A DNA stretch of 40,252 nt from Reticulomyxa filosa (Eukaryota; Protista; Foraminifera), in assembly GCA_000512085.1 (NCBI GenBank), contig ASPP01010825.1, positions 1 to 40,252 of the forward strand, in the 5' to 3' direction. The notes under the pieces are model-generated. The model saw nothing but the letters and a program-made list of their open reading frames with translations. It searched no databases and was not told the origin of the DNA. Of the stretch, positions 1 through 15,000 are shown piece after piece. The number at the start of each line of letters is the position of its first letter. Position 1 is the stretch's first letter. The position numbers and the translations under genes are program-made.

Positions 1-28
1 TTTTTTTTTAATATTGAAATAATTGCAG

Positions 29-3000
29 GAAATTTTTCAAAGCTTGACTTTGGCACTTGAGCATCACGCATATATTATTCAAAATCGACTGTTCAAATGT
101 GCATTGAAATTGCAACACGTGCTTCCACAATGCCAGCATTTGCTATGGTACAACGCTTTGACGACTTACAATCCGCCCAAACGCATCGAACAGAAGCTAC
201 AAAAGCTGCAAGCTCGCATCACCGCATTTCCAAACACAGAATTCTTGGAGATGGTTGCACTCGAGTTGTTTTTTGAAAACTGCCCGTTCAAATCAGTTTT
301 GGAGGATTTATTTTTGAGGAACCTATTTGCAGACACAAACGCCCCAATCGAAGCCAAACGAAAGCTATTTCTTACACGTAACGTTTTCTTTTGTTTGTCT
401 TTTTTTTAATTAAAAAAAAAAAATATATATATATATAATACATATACATATATATTATGTGAATACAAATCCTGATCTTTGTTTGTGTGATTATGATGTA
501 CGCAAGTGATCGACATGAATGCTGTGCTTTCCAACAATTCGACGGTAAAGATCCGGAATCTTTTGTACAAATACAGAGACAAACTCACAGTGTTTGGGAA
601 AATAACCGACTTCCAATTGGTGGGGCCGATGGTGCGCGAGCTGTTGCGCAAAGTGGAATTCAATCAGCACCAAACGAATATTAGCGATGCCATCATTGAC
701 AGCATTTTAGTCCCGACTATCGAAATTGTTATTCGTCCTCAAGACAGTCTCTTGTTGTTCGAAATGCTTCAGGAATTTCCTTTGCTCATGGCAAAAGTGG
801 CCCTCGGGATTGTCAAAAATCAAATGTTGGCGGTCGATCTCAGGTTTATTCCAATGTTTGTGGAATTCATCAAGGTCGGACTTTTTTTTCTTAAATTGAA
901 ATATGTTCTTCCCAATCAAACACACCCTTTTTTTTTTTTTTTTTTTTTTTGCTACAATAGCCCTCAAAGACGAAGCAGACGAACGAACACGAAGAATGGA
1001 ACAAACTATTAAAGAAAGTTTATGAAGCATGGCTACTGCGCAACGGATTTATGAAGACTATAGAGTGCATTTTAAAATTTGGCTTGGATTGGAATGAATT
1101 TGAAGCAATGTTTAAAGCGCCCTCGGTGTTTCTTTTGAAAGAATCCGTCCCTTCATCGTTCTCACAAAGACTTACCATCATCACGACTGATCAAATACCA
1201 CTGTCCAGTTTCGATTCATCCACTTTTCAAACAAAAGATCTTGTTGTTGTTTTTATTTATTTATTGCTACATGTTTTTTGCGCATGTGCGCACACATTCA
1301 TTGTGTAATGTTCATTGTGTTGTTTTGGTCTCGTTCAGTGAGGAAAGAGGTGGCGAAAATGATAACCGAAAAGTATCCGAGCAAATATTGTCAAACTGGA
1401 ACTGGAACGCTCAAGAAAGATGACAAAGAAAGTGTAATTCCGTTCATTCGAAAATTTATTAAAAGTAATGGCGAATGGGAATTGGCTTGGGAGTTGGTGG
1501 ATCGATTATTTAGCGGATTTCAGCCTTTTCAATCTGACGACAAAGCGGAGATGATTGCATACATTACGAATAGCGAGGGACTTTTTATTTTTCAGTTTTG
1601 ACCATACATAAATCAAATCAATAAATAAGTTACTAAGTTAGTATATAACTCGTTTGCTTTTTTTTTTTTTTTTTTTCAAATAATGTTAGATTCATTCATG
1701 AAGTTGTTTCGCAGGAGAAATTGAAAACATTACCATGCTGCGCGATTCTTGAAATGTACTGTGAATGGTTTCGACAACTCAGTAACACTATTCTCGAAAG
1801 AATGATCAGCGTGGCGACAATGGTCAGTCTAGTTACGCACGAACGCTATGATAGCTTACTCCAGTTGTTCGAGTTGATCAGGTCCACTCACACAAATATT
1901 ACCCAATATGCCAATGTGTCCAACGTGCAATTGTTGTTGCAACAATTCGAAGACATCCAATTCAAGCGACAGGCTCTGCAGCTCTTTTTTGCCAACGTCA
2001 GTATCGCAGAAAATCATTTCGGACAAGATCTAGCTCCGTTGCAGAAATTGTACAACGAGGTGAAGGACGTCTCGTATTGGAATGAGATCAATTTGTCCAC
2101 GGCATTTTCCAAAGATTGGCAAAATTTCAACTCTGCCAAATTGGCACTGAAGCAATTTGCGAAAATGGCATCATCAGACATCTGGGTGTCGATATGGAGA
2201 TCATTGGTTACGCAACAACAGCAGCTATGGAATATGGTAAGACTACGAACACATAAATGTATATATTTGTATATATTTGTATATGTGCATATGCATTCAA
2301 TATTCATTCCTATTCATGTTTATGTTTTTGTCGCGACAAACAGAGAACCTTTTCCGTGATGAGAACCTTCGACCTATGCCAATGGATTCGAGAAAAAAAA
2401 GAACAGCTGCTGGAAAAGATTGGAACGTATGACTTTGAAGGCTATGTTCAAAGATTTATTGCCAAGGAAATCAACGGCTCAACTATCGGATCGCTCGAAG
2501 CTCGAGAAGAAGCCAAGCTCATAAATCTGCTATTTTCACAAGGAAAGGTAACGGAAGAAGATCGGATCATCAGCCGTCGGCTGTGTGGTATGATTGTTGA
2601 AACAGTTAATTTTGAAACGCATTACAAAGGGATTGCTTTATATATTCCATTATATGTACATATAAATATATATGTATATATGCATATATGTATATGTGTA
2701 AATAACTACATGTGATACACGTGTGACGCTAAAAAAAAAAAAAAAAAGAGAGAACAATGCGAAAAAATGAGGACATTGCCTCAAACAGATAAACGCTTTT
2801 GTTTGTCTACGGTTATTGAGTTTCAAAACAAAGCCAAAGAAGAATGGCAAATTGCAAAAAAAGAATTGGAAGGGAAGACTATCAAAGGTGCGAAGATATT
2901 GAAACAATTTGCCTTACTGAAAAGTAAGCCAAAGACGGACATTGGAACACAAGTGCGTCTGATGTATGAGCCACTCACGAGTAACGGGGAAAGGTTGACA

Positions 3001-6000
3001 TTGGACGATCATGAGAACGAAGAGTTGGACAGTTTGGAAGTGGCCGTTCCCATTGACTTTATGCCCACCGCACGGGAAATGAATGCGTATAAAGCAATCG
3101 AGGCCGAGTTCAAGTTCCACGTCCCGATTGTACATACTACATACAAGCCATTGGAGGGCGCGGAATTGATAAAAAACGCCAAGTCCGAGTTGAAGCGTAT
3201 CGGTGAAGAGCAGAAGAGCGATTCGATTGCAGCCAAGAGAATCAATTGGGAGAGTATTACAAAAGCGTGCGGTCTTTCGAAAGGATATGTAGAGTGGGTC
3301 AAGTTTATCTCTTTCAAATGCCTTTTGCGCAACCCAGCGGACTATCTCGCAAGATTCGAGCTGTACGCAGACCTTGCCACGGCTTTGCGATCTGTCTTTG
3401 ACTACTTTGAAGTGATTGAGCCATTGAAGCTGCTTCGAGACGTAACCGCGTCATTTAGCGCACTGCATCGCAAAAACGAAGAGAGCGACAACAAAACATG
3501 GAATGACGAGCAGTGGATAAAGAGTCTCAGTGCACTGCCATCATTTGATAGCGTGTCCATTGATAAGATTGTCGAGTTTTGGGAACAAAACAGACCGCAA
3601 TTGCCAAGGATTGGGACTGCCGCGATGAAATGGTTTCGATTGCTTGCAAATAGCAATGGGGTTATCAAAGACTGCTTCGAACGCTTTGCAAACTCGCAAA
3701 CCTTTAATGAACACATCCAATCATTCACAGACGACCCCATCCAAGGTGAACGAAGTGCCAGCTTAATGTATGTGCGCAATTTCATTGTAAATACGCTCAC
3801 CACAAAGTACGTCAACATTTCGCAAATGCAAGAATATTTGCTAAACTTTGCCCAGCAAATGAATGAAGAAAGACTCCGATGGTTCACCATCGTTTTTACT
3901 TCATGGGACGTCATCATCAAAGACACGGTGGATGCTCAAGGGTGGTTGTATCAGAATGACAAAGAATTGCTTGACAGAATACGAATAGTTTTGTTGTATC
4001 TTTTCTTTCTATATGTCCTCTTTCAAACTCACAGGTTTTTTTAAACTTTGAAAAAAAAAAAAAAGGTACGCTTTGCAAATGAAAGCTCCACTCAACGCAC
4101 TCATTATGTGATGGTGGGCAGTCTGAAAATCTATCAAGAAGAAAAGGAAGAAATCGAAGAATTCAGACGCAATACTGTCGATGAACAGCTGACCCTTGGA
4201 CCGCAGGACAAGTTTGATCAATTGGCAGATCGTCTGTTGCTACACGTCTCCGCAGAGTCAGAAGCAATCGAAGTAGACACGTTGACCGTGCAACAGAGCA
4301 TATCCTACATGACCGTGGAAGAAGTAAACCAATTGTTCATGTTGCATGACAAACAACTGATTACCTCCGGCTTGGAGGATATGAGCAAATTGTTGGAAAA
4401 TGTCTCGAAATATGGCATCACTGGCAAAAAGTTGAAAGCTTTGGCAGATGATCCTAACAATGAAGACTGCAAAGATTGGTTGCCCACTGGCGAATCAAAA
4501 GCAAACGTCAAGCAACAAATTATTAAAATTGTACAATTTGAAGTATTGAAAGAAAAGGTTTGTTAAGGAAGGAGATAATTTTATATAAAAAATTTTCATG
4601 TCTCTTTCAAATAGCCTTTTTTTTGAGCTGGAGGATTATTATTTCCTTGTGATGTTTATCATCGTTGTTGGTGAATCTTAACATTATAAAAAAAAAAAAT
4701 AGGTAAAAAGTAACTTTATCCCGAAATTTGACTTGTCAAAAAAAATTGGAGAGAAAAGATTGCAATATTATCGATTGGGCGGAAGAGAACGTCTGGAAAC
4801 AGATCGAAATATCGAATTTTCCAAATCAACTTACGAGTTTGAACAGATCAACGAAAACTGGAAAAACTATCTTAATGAATGGGAAATCAAAATCAACAGA
4901 TGTCGACGTGATTATCCGTGTTTATTGTTCCTTACTGTGAACGATATGCGGTTCCTGTGTGACCACATTAAAGAATATAAGCAATCGGCAGATAATTCCA
5001 AAAAACAAGGCCTGTTGAACTTGATCACCTCAAAGGTGTCGTTTATCCAAGCAAACGTTACCCTTCAAGAACTCCAGACAAGCCTTGAGGACGAATCAGT
5101 TTGTCCATTCTTTTTTTTATTTCTCTATATTTTATTGACGTGATATGATGATATCTTTTTTTTTTTTTAAAAAAAAGTTATCAAATTGGAAGTCCGAAAA
5201 TGAATTAGAACGATTGGGTCAATTTCTAAGTATCTTTTTGGTCGCTTTTCGTCCAACGTCCACAAAGGAGTCATCAGCGAAGAAAAATGTGTTGAACATG
5301 GCCGCCCTCATCTTTATTTATGTAAAAACACTCAAGTGTTTTCGTATATAGTAAAACTGAATTTGAGAGAAGGTGAAACACCCACTGCCAGTCGAGTTGA
5401 GTAGATAGTTATTGTTTGTGAATATTAATAATGTCATTGTTGTGCATTTGTTTGAATGTTGGAAAAAGGTATTATTTTGTGAGCAAACCACAACAATCGA
5501 ACAACTGGAATGCTTTTTATTTCGCGCCACTCCGAGCGGATTTGCAGCATCGCTGCATTGTCTCGTGCAACCCGAGTTGCTAAGTGTCCCCGTCCAGCAA
5601 GTATTGATTGTCAAGCTATTGAAATGCATGACTCACCCCAATGGTCTACTTGCGGTTATCACAACAAATATACAATCCATTGTGTCGCAATATTTGATTG
5701 AATATCGAGGTACAGACATCCCCTTGTTGACACGCGAAGAAAAGCTGCAGTTCTACGGCGGGATATTCTGCGGAACCTTTGATGAATACAAAAAACATAA
5801 GAAAAAAGTGCCGTTTGTACAAGTGTATATTTCAAAGCATGAATGTGTTGGGAAATCGTATCTGATTAGTGGGCTTGCGAATCAATTGAGATTACCACAT
5901 CACTTTGTTCATATCCCATTCAATTCATCGGTTGTCGATAGAGATTTTGTGGTGGATAAGTTTGTTCGTTCTCAATCGACAAACACTTTGACGGTACATT

Positions 6001-9000
6001 CTTTTCATCCCTTCATTAATTTGATTTTTTTTTTTTTATTTAATATACTATTAATGTTATCACTTAAACAAAAAAAAAAAAAAAAAAAGATGTTCCATAT
6101 CAACATATCAAGTCAAGCCGGACCAGATGTAAACACTCTGCTGTTCCAATTGTTGGTGCTTCGCCATTTAACGGCGTCCAATGGTGAAAGTTTTTTTGTT
6201 CGAAGCAATCACGCGTTTATAGTGGAGCTGCCGACGGAACTGTGCAATACCCTTCAAAAAACTTATTTGGAAGACGTCAAGCAATGCTTCCATTTCTTGG
6301 GAGATTTGATCGACGAAAAGGCGATTTCTTTTGTTGAAGTGGTAGACGAAATGCGTTCGGAGAAAGTGTCTGATATCTCTTATGTTCAAGTAAATCAGCT
6401 ACAACTCAATGAAAAAGAAATGTTCGTTATACGTTACTTGGATGCATTAGACAAGGGATTCCTCAAAAACACAAGTGAAAAACAAGAACCCTGGAAATAC
6501 GAGACACATGCGGAATTAAAGGACGAACAAATCCGCGTCTTAACCAAGAAGTACTATCCTCGAGGTTTGTTTTTTTCTATACCATCAGAAAAGAGCAAGA
6601 GAAAGAACAAGGGAAGGGACAGCAAAACAAAACGGTTTAGTAATGTATATTGTATACATATGCATGTATTTGTTTTTTTTTTTTTAAAAAAAAGGGACCC
6701 ATTCAATGATTCAGTTGAAGTCGTTCCTACGATTTCTATATTGTCAATTGACACAAGTGTATCACTTCCCATACTTCCAACCTGACAATGCCCCGAAAAT
6801 AAAGAAAAACAAAAGCATCCCATTGCATCATATGGTTGTATCTTCGCTGGTGCAATCTGCGCAATTGATAGCATGCGAAATTCCTGCTTCTGATATAGAT
6901 TCGAAAACAAACGAGGAGGACGAAAAAGGTACTTCGGTGACAGAAGAGGCAGAAGGGACAGAAGAGTTTTTTTTGGTGAAAGAGTGGAAAAAAGAAGATT
7001 CACTCATGGTCGTATTGAATCAGATCCCGATTTCAAATTCAGTGCGCTTGCATTTTTTTTTTTGGTTTAAATATATATTTTGTTTTCGTGTTTGAGAAAT
7101 ATAAAAAAAAAATGTTTCTGTGAAATTAGAAATACCTTCGTATGAATGGAACGACATTGAAACAAGATTTGGACGAGGCAATGCAAATGGCAGAGAATTC
7201 GTTGTCCCTATTGACAATGAATTTGGAAAGAAATAGGCACTCTGATGCTGAGAACTGGAAATGGCTAGTAAGAGAACTCCACTGGAATGTGATCAACTTT
7301 GAAGAGGACATTACAAAAAAAAAAAGGATCAGAAATCAGATGTGATTGACAAGAGTGGTCAGAAGGAGAAAATGCGTTTGATTTTGCAGATTTGTGGGGC
7401 ATTTGAGTTGATAGCATTTTCTGTTTATTATTTTGCTTTGATTTTTTTTCATTTAATTTTTTTGTCGGTTGTTGTTAAAGCTCGCCTGACGAGGAAAAGC
7501 GAGATATTCAAGTAGAAAAGCTGCTGAGCGAAAACAGCGACTACACCTTGACATATGACAATATTTTAAAAATTGTCGCTATATTCTTTCGTGTTAAAGC
7601 TGCCATTCCAGTTTTAATTATGGGAGAAACAGTTATCATACTTCAAATGAAAATGTTCTTTTTTGTTCTCGTTTTGTTCCTCAGTTATTTTTTTGTTCTC
7701 GTTTGGTTCCAAAAAAAAAAATAAAGGGATGTGGAAAAACGAGGTTGCTAAAATTCATGGCAAGCGTGTTGGGAATAAACATGACACCGATTGATGTTCA
7801 CGGAGGATATAGAACAGAGCAATTGGAAAAAGATTTGAGGACACCACGTGAAAGCGCCGAAAGCAATCCAAATAAAATCCATTTGGTGTTTTTGGATGAG
7901 ATAAACACTAGTCCTGACATTGGTGCATTTAAGGAGGTCGTTTGTGATCACAGTTTCAAAGGAAAAGCGTTTCCAGAAAATATGGTCATCGTCGCTGCAT
8001 TGAATCCGTACAGAAAGCATAAAAAAACAAGAGAGGAAATAGAAGCAGAAAAAGAAGAAAGTCGAAATACAAATCGACATTTCCTGGATAATCTTGATAA
8101 AGAAATGAGTGAGTTGGTCTATCGAGTCTTTCCGCTCCCAAGATCGATGAAAACATACGTGTGGAATTTCGGATCGTTGTCTGATCTGGATGAAATGCAG
8201 TACATATCATTAATTACTGAGCACATTTGGTATGTTGTTTTTTTTTTTTTTTAGGGGAGAAAAAAGTTTTTTAATTTTAATTAAAAAACAAATATTGATA
8301 TAATGTGATAAGGTCTAACAAGACAAATATGGACAAGTTGCACTGGTCAGAAAAAAACAAGAATGATCCAGAAGCCAAGGAAAGAATGCTCCAAGGTTTA
8401 GGAAATATCAAACATAAATTTGTAGAATGTGTATTTAATTCACAGTCATTTTTAAGGTATATGTTTGTGTGTGTGTGTAAAATAAAGTGAGATAATGTCC
8501 AAATTTGTTGTGATGTGATATTTCAGAAAAACATTGGGAGACCGCAGTGTATGTTCTCTTCGAGACGTTCAACGCGTAAATAATTTGTTTGTATGGTTTT
8601 ATAATTCTCGATCTGTCAAAAATATTGAACACATGTCCAACGTGATGATTTTGGCATTGGCCCAATGCTACTATTATCGCTTAAATGCCAATGATCGACG
8701 CAAATATGTAGAAATGGCAAAAAAAGAACTTGCTGATGACTTTGAAAATGTCATAGAACGGGAGCAACAGGAATATCTGTATAAGATGGAGATCCCTCAC
8801 GGCATTGCATGCAATCAAATCTTTCGTGAAAATATATTCATATTCTTGTGGCTTTGGCAACAAAGACACCTACGATTGTGGTGGGTAGACCTGGTTCCTC
8901 CAAAACTTTGGCGATGGCGACGGTCCAATCCAATCTGGACTCGTCCAGCAAAAACAAGAAACTGAACGAGGCGCGCTTTGGAGACTTTTTTGTGATCTCT

Positions 9001-12000
9001 TTCCAGTGTTCGAAATTGACCACATCGGAGGCAATTCGAGAGAGATGGGAAAATGCCATAAGATTTGTTGGAAGGCTCAGAGAGTTTGAAATCTCTTTTC
9101 TTTCTTTAGATTGACAAATACTTAAAGAAAACAATATCATGCAAATAGGAATTCGAATGCTAGAGCTCGAAACAGTCATATCACGACATTGGAAAAGAAT
9201 GTCGTGCTCGTGTTGGATGAAATGGGATTGGCCGAGCAATCAAATAACCGACCGTTGAAGGTGTTGCATCAATTGTTGGAAAACGAGAATCGACAAATTG
9301 CATTTATTGGATTAAGGTAACAAAAAAAAAAACAATACATCATAACACAACATACCATAACATAACACATCATAACATAACACGATATAATCATATCAAT
9401 AGCAATTGGAGATTGGATGCCGCGAAAATGAATCGGGTTGTATTGCATCAAGTGTTACAACCAACTAAAAAGGAACTGGAAGACACAGCAAACAAAATTC
9501 TGTGTGGAAATGAAAGTAGTATAGCCTCGGGGAAATTTACCGTCAAAGTGCCACGAATTACAGCCTTTTTTGAGGAAGTGATGAAAACGCAAAATGAATC
9601 TGCGTTTTCCTTTGATTTCTTTGGACAACGTGACTTTTATTCGCTGTTAAGCTATTTAGGCTACTGCGTTGAGATCGGTAGGGAAGCAACCAAAGAAGTA
9701 TTGATCGAAGCCATAATGAGAAATTTCGGTGGAATGAGCCAGAAACAAACCGAATCCTTTTTGTTTCCGAAAATTGTCAAAAACTTGTTGGAAAGTGGTG
9801 AAGAGCTCAACTCTGCCGATGTTTGGAAATCCTGTTCACCTTTGAAATTAATTAACGATAACATTAAGCAAATGCGAAGCGTGGACAAGTCTCCGACATA
9901 TGATATGCGAAATATCATGCTTATCACTGAGTCTCCATTCTTATGGAAGATACTCTTTGACAGCGGCATTATATTGATGGACTCGGCTGAAGTCATTTTC
10001 GGCAGCAGATTTGTGGGAGATGTCGTATCCACGCAATATTTGTACCACGTCATTGAAAAGGTCCGCAATGCAATGAATACAGGCAAGACGTGTGTGCTTC
10101 TGAAGTTAGAGAGACTATATGATTCGCTATACGACGTGCTCAACCAGCGTTATCAAGTGGTGGATGGCCAAAAGTTGAGAAAATTCTTGCAATCGATTTT
10201 GACGTCAATCTTTTTTGATGGCATTTTTTTTATTGTATGTTTGACTTAAAAAAAGATTTTGTCGAATATGTCTTGGAGGAGAAGCAATTCGTTCTCGCAT
10301 TTCCAAAAACTTCCGCTGCATAGTTGTGGCGTCACGTGAAGAAGCCCATCACGCAAATGTTATGGAACATTTTTTGTTTGCTTCTTATCTATGTACATAT
10401 ATATTTATATATGCATATATGTATTAATAAATACATGGAAAAGATATTTGCAAGCATATTTTTCATTGAAATGTGGGCATGGAACTAACACAGACAATAA
10501 GTCCAGACATGCATCTGCCAGTCGCGTTTTTAAGTCGTTTCGAAAAGTTTTACTTGGATCCTGCGACATTGGAGTACTTTTTGGACCCAGAGTTAAAAGA
10601 AAAACAACAAACGTCTCCACACAATTTGGACTCAAGATTTGAAGAAAAATATCAAACGCTTTCACAAGTGGCAAAGAAAAGATTTTCTGATCACCCCAAT
10701 ACCAGTCCCAGTCAATTGTTTATCGGATTTGTCGAAAAGTATACATTCATTAGTTTGGTGGCCAACTTCAAATCGGGAAAAAATAAATCGGAGGAAATGA
10801 AAAATGAAAGTGAAAACAAGAGCGATGTAGAAAACGCCGTCGAAGGATGTTTCCAATTGTTGTTAAAAAATACGGCTTTGGAATTTGTCATTCACGACGC
10901 AAATAAACAAAGAGAGTTTTTACCTTATGCTGACATTGTTAAGTGTCCGATGACATAGCAAAAATAAAGCCATGTGTATTACGATCAACCTTTGTTGTTA
11001 TGCGACTTGCAAAATAGGTGGACGTATTGGAACGAGAAGCCGCAAATGAAAAAAACAACTTTGCATTCGTGAAAATTGTGACGCATGACAATCTGTTATT
11101 GTGCACGAAAAACATTGAAAGAAACGGTTGCGAATATCAACTTACTGTCGAACATGCGTCGACCACTTTTCTCGAAACAAAAAAAATTCAAGACGTTCGA
11201 ATATCTCAAATATCTCAAGTGCAAAATGTTACGATTATCGGAATAAAAGACATTCGCGACTTTACTCACGAAATTGATTTGTTTACTTACGTGACCGAGT
11301 TTTTCCGTATGCGTATAACCCAGGTGGGACATCTCGTGTTGGTACTCGCGTGTGACCCTCCAATGGAAGGGGAAACACTCACCCATTACTTGCATGCGCA
11401 ATACATTGTCGAAAAGGCATATCACAACTATTTGAGAACCAATGAAGTCCTCTTGCAAATTAAGAAAACTGTCGTGATGCTTTTCTACAGGTATTTTTTT
11501 TTTTTCTCTCCCTTTTTGTTTGCATATGTGTATGTATGTGTGTATGTATGTATACGTTAGCCGTCGAGGAGGATCAACATCAAACCAGAGAGATGGTCCA
11601 CAAACACAAATTCCCCCCGAGGTTGGACATCCACTAATTGTGAGTGGAATTTGGAAACATGTATTTGTGGATGCATTGCTACCAGCAGACGTGCCGCAAG
11701 AAATTCAAATCAGTGATGTAAATATATTCGATAAAGAGTCTTGTCAAAGGATTCACAATCGAATTAAGACTGTCATTTTTGATCTTGTCAAAAATTGTAT
11801 TGAATTGGCACTCAACCGCATCCAATTTTCAGAGCCTTCTCAAGACGAAGCGAGCAACATACTGAGAACATATCTACAAAAATCCCCACCCGATAATGGA
11901 AGGTTCCGAGAGATCTTAAACCAACGTATTTTAGATGTATTATCCGATGAAAGACACGGCACAACAAAGTGTCTCCAAGACTTGTTAGAAAAGTCGATCC

Positions 12001-15000
12001 GCAATGTATTATTGGATGAACGTGGATCGCTTCGTAGCCAGTTTTTGACGCTATTACGAGAGAAAATCAAATCGATTTTGGTCGAAGTATTGACAGTTAT
12101 TTTCGACAATCAAAACTTGCATTTATACAATCCTTCAGAACCGAGCGCGGAATCGAGAAACGAGCTCTTTTTGAAAGCGTTGAACGAGCCCAAAATTACT
12201 CGAACGTCACAGCCTTCCCAAGACACTCAAATCCTTATTCGCAACGACATTCCAAATGGAGGACAGTTCCCCTTCAGTAGTTACATTCACTCGTGGATAT
12301 CCTCGTATCAGAAGGAGACATTCAACGAGATTGAAACGAAAACCGAGAACGAGAACAAAGCCAAGTCTCTTCTCAGCTCGGAGGTGTCGCTAACGCAACA
12401 TGTTCTCACCACAATTCAAACCAATGGCTTGAAAGTTCTGGAAGATTTGCCAATCGACTTAATGCGTAAGTACATCCAAGATGTGATACATTTGCAGGCT
12501 CGTGCCCTCGGCCTAAATTCTTATGAGTCGAACATGTACGCTCTTTTGCATAGGCAAGTGTGCTCCTTTGTCGAAAAGGCGTGCGAAAAGCTTGCTGAGG
12601 AATCCAACATTGAGGATCAAGATCATGCGTCACAACAAGACAGCCACTTGGCAGCGCTGATGATGTTCTATCAATTGAATGCTGATCCCACACAAATGCA
12701 TATTGACACGTCCGAGTTGTCCACAGAACAAATCAATGCCGCGTCTTCATTCCAAATCGCAGAAGTGTATTCCATTTTGTGGACTCACGAACCCATCTTC
12801 CAGAATTTCATTAAGATTGTGTTCGTTTTGAAAGAGAGGCCACAGGAAATTGAAAACTTGCAAAATGGTATATTGTATATTATGTGCACATCAATAAAAC
12901 AATATACAACAAACATGTGGATAAAATAATAGCTTGGGAAGAGTCACCAGCTTTGTTTTCCTCGATTCAAAAGATTTTAACTATTATATTGAAGCATGCT
13001 CAAAACAATCTATATTCCAGCTCTGGTGTGGCATTACAAGACCAAATCGAATATTTGGTGTCATTAACAAATCCCTTCGAAGAATTTCTATCATGGCTGG
13101 CCAAATACGACGAGTCCGAGGTAATGAAATTAAAAAAGCAATGGGAGTTATTACTTTTGCAAGTCCTTTGTATTCGCGCTGCAAATTTGAAAGTTGATTC
13201 AAACATTCTGTCAAAGATCAGTGTTCGTTTCGAATACAGAGGTTTTGATGATTTCGACAGTTTGAATGAGGTCCTGGAAAATGTAAGTGCGTTGATTGGC
13301 ACATCCCAATTTAAAAAAGAAAAGGAATCTGCTTTGCAATGGGTTGTCCAAAACTATCTTCGCACTTTTGTATTCAAAGATCGCACCGCGACACTTTCAG
13401 ACGATTTTGTGGAAAATCTTGTTTTGTTGTTGGCTGACGGAAAGTCAAAAAAATTATGCGTTGAGCCAACAATATTCACCAAAATGGAGATTGCAACAAA
13501 TCTTTTGTCATTGCTTCAGAATGTTAAGAAAGAAATATTATACGTATATGTGTATGTCATTTTTTTTTTTTTTCTTCCCCCCCTCCCCACTCTGCAAACG
13601 ATTTTCGATTATTATATGTTGACATTTTGCACAGAACAATCAAAAAAATTTGGGCAATTATCTGCAACAGCATTTAAACGATTGTGACTTAAACAGCGAA
13701 TTTCCAGTACTTATTTTACGCGCACATGAACAATTTTTACATTTCAAAGAGGAAAATAGACAATTAAGTTTGCCCAGCATAGTTACACGTCTCGTTGCTG
13801 CAAATGCAAATTTGAAAAGCAGTTTGGAAGACAAGTTGATGTTGGATCAATTATTGGCAATTGGCGAGTGCAAATTTTGTACCTATCATTTTGCACATTA
13901 TCTGAAAGCCTGCACAGAATTCCCCTCCTATTTCTACGGGCCTGATGGCATTACACATTTCGACATCAAAGAAGGGAGAAAAATAACAAATACATATTTG
14001 GGGGCAAGTGACTGTGCCAAAATTGGTGCTATGTACGTCATTACTCCGAATATGGGAGCACACGAGCAAAAAGTCAGACGTGGCTTGCAATTTTACCTGC
14101 TCACAGAATTTTGGAAGTTTCGTTGGAAAAGAGGAAAGGGAGGAGGGACGTAGGGCCCAATTTTTATTTGTTAATGTTTCACACGTATATTTCAAAAAAT
14201 AAATAAACGAAGATGTAAAGGCTCAGACGCGATCGTGAGCGTGGGAAGAGAGGAATTTGCGAGATTGTTTAAATTTTCAATAAGAGCGCCAAACATTCTA
14301 TCTAGCAATACAATCGTGGATGATGTCTTTCGTGTGTTGGAACATTCTGCTACGTCGTTAAAATCATACGAACAAACCCAATTGATTTTGAAGGACGCCA
14401 AAAAAAATAGAAAAATAGTCTGGAATGAATTCAATCAAAGCCAGTTTGTCCATCTTGTGGCAGGCGTGCTCAATGTGTTTTACAAGGCCAAAAACACAAA
14501 CTTTGAGGTTATGTCACGCTTTATGCCACAAGTACTGCAAACCATACGCAGCACTTGTGGGCAAGAAACAGACAGAGATTACTTGGGCGCTCCTGAGCGT
14601 GTCAATTATTTGTTATGCCAACTCGCAGTTGCCGACTCTGATTTAGTGAATTTCAAGAATCAAAAGCAAGATGTGTTTAAAAAATTTTTGAATATACTCA
14701 ACTTAGGATGGCATTTAGTGGGTGTAATCTTGTCCTTGCCTCCGTCGCCTTTGAGCATTCTGTTCCATGCCCCGAAGAAATATCGAAATGGCTATTTGTT
14801 GGGGATGCCTGAGGACCAAAGCGTATGTTTGCTGAAAGCTAGAACTGGACATCAGGCGTGGATGTGTCCTCAAAAGCATTTATTTTTTGCCGCCGACGGG
14901 TCTTCGCAATCACTATGTTCCTTATGTAATTCCGGAAACAGCAACAACAATAATAACAATAACAACAACGTCAAGACAACAAAGTATCAGCCCGTTCCCG

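Noticed and set aside
9334-9396. CRISPR-like array
   Set aside because: Simple 5-nt microsatellite in an intron; no spacers or cas genes.
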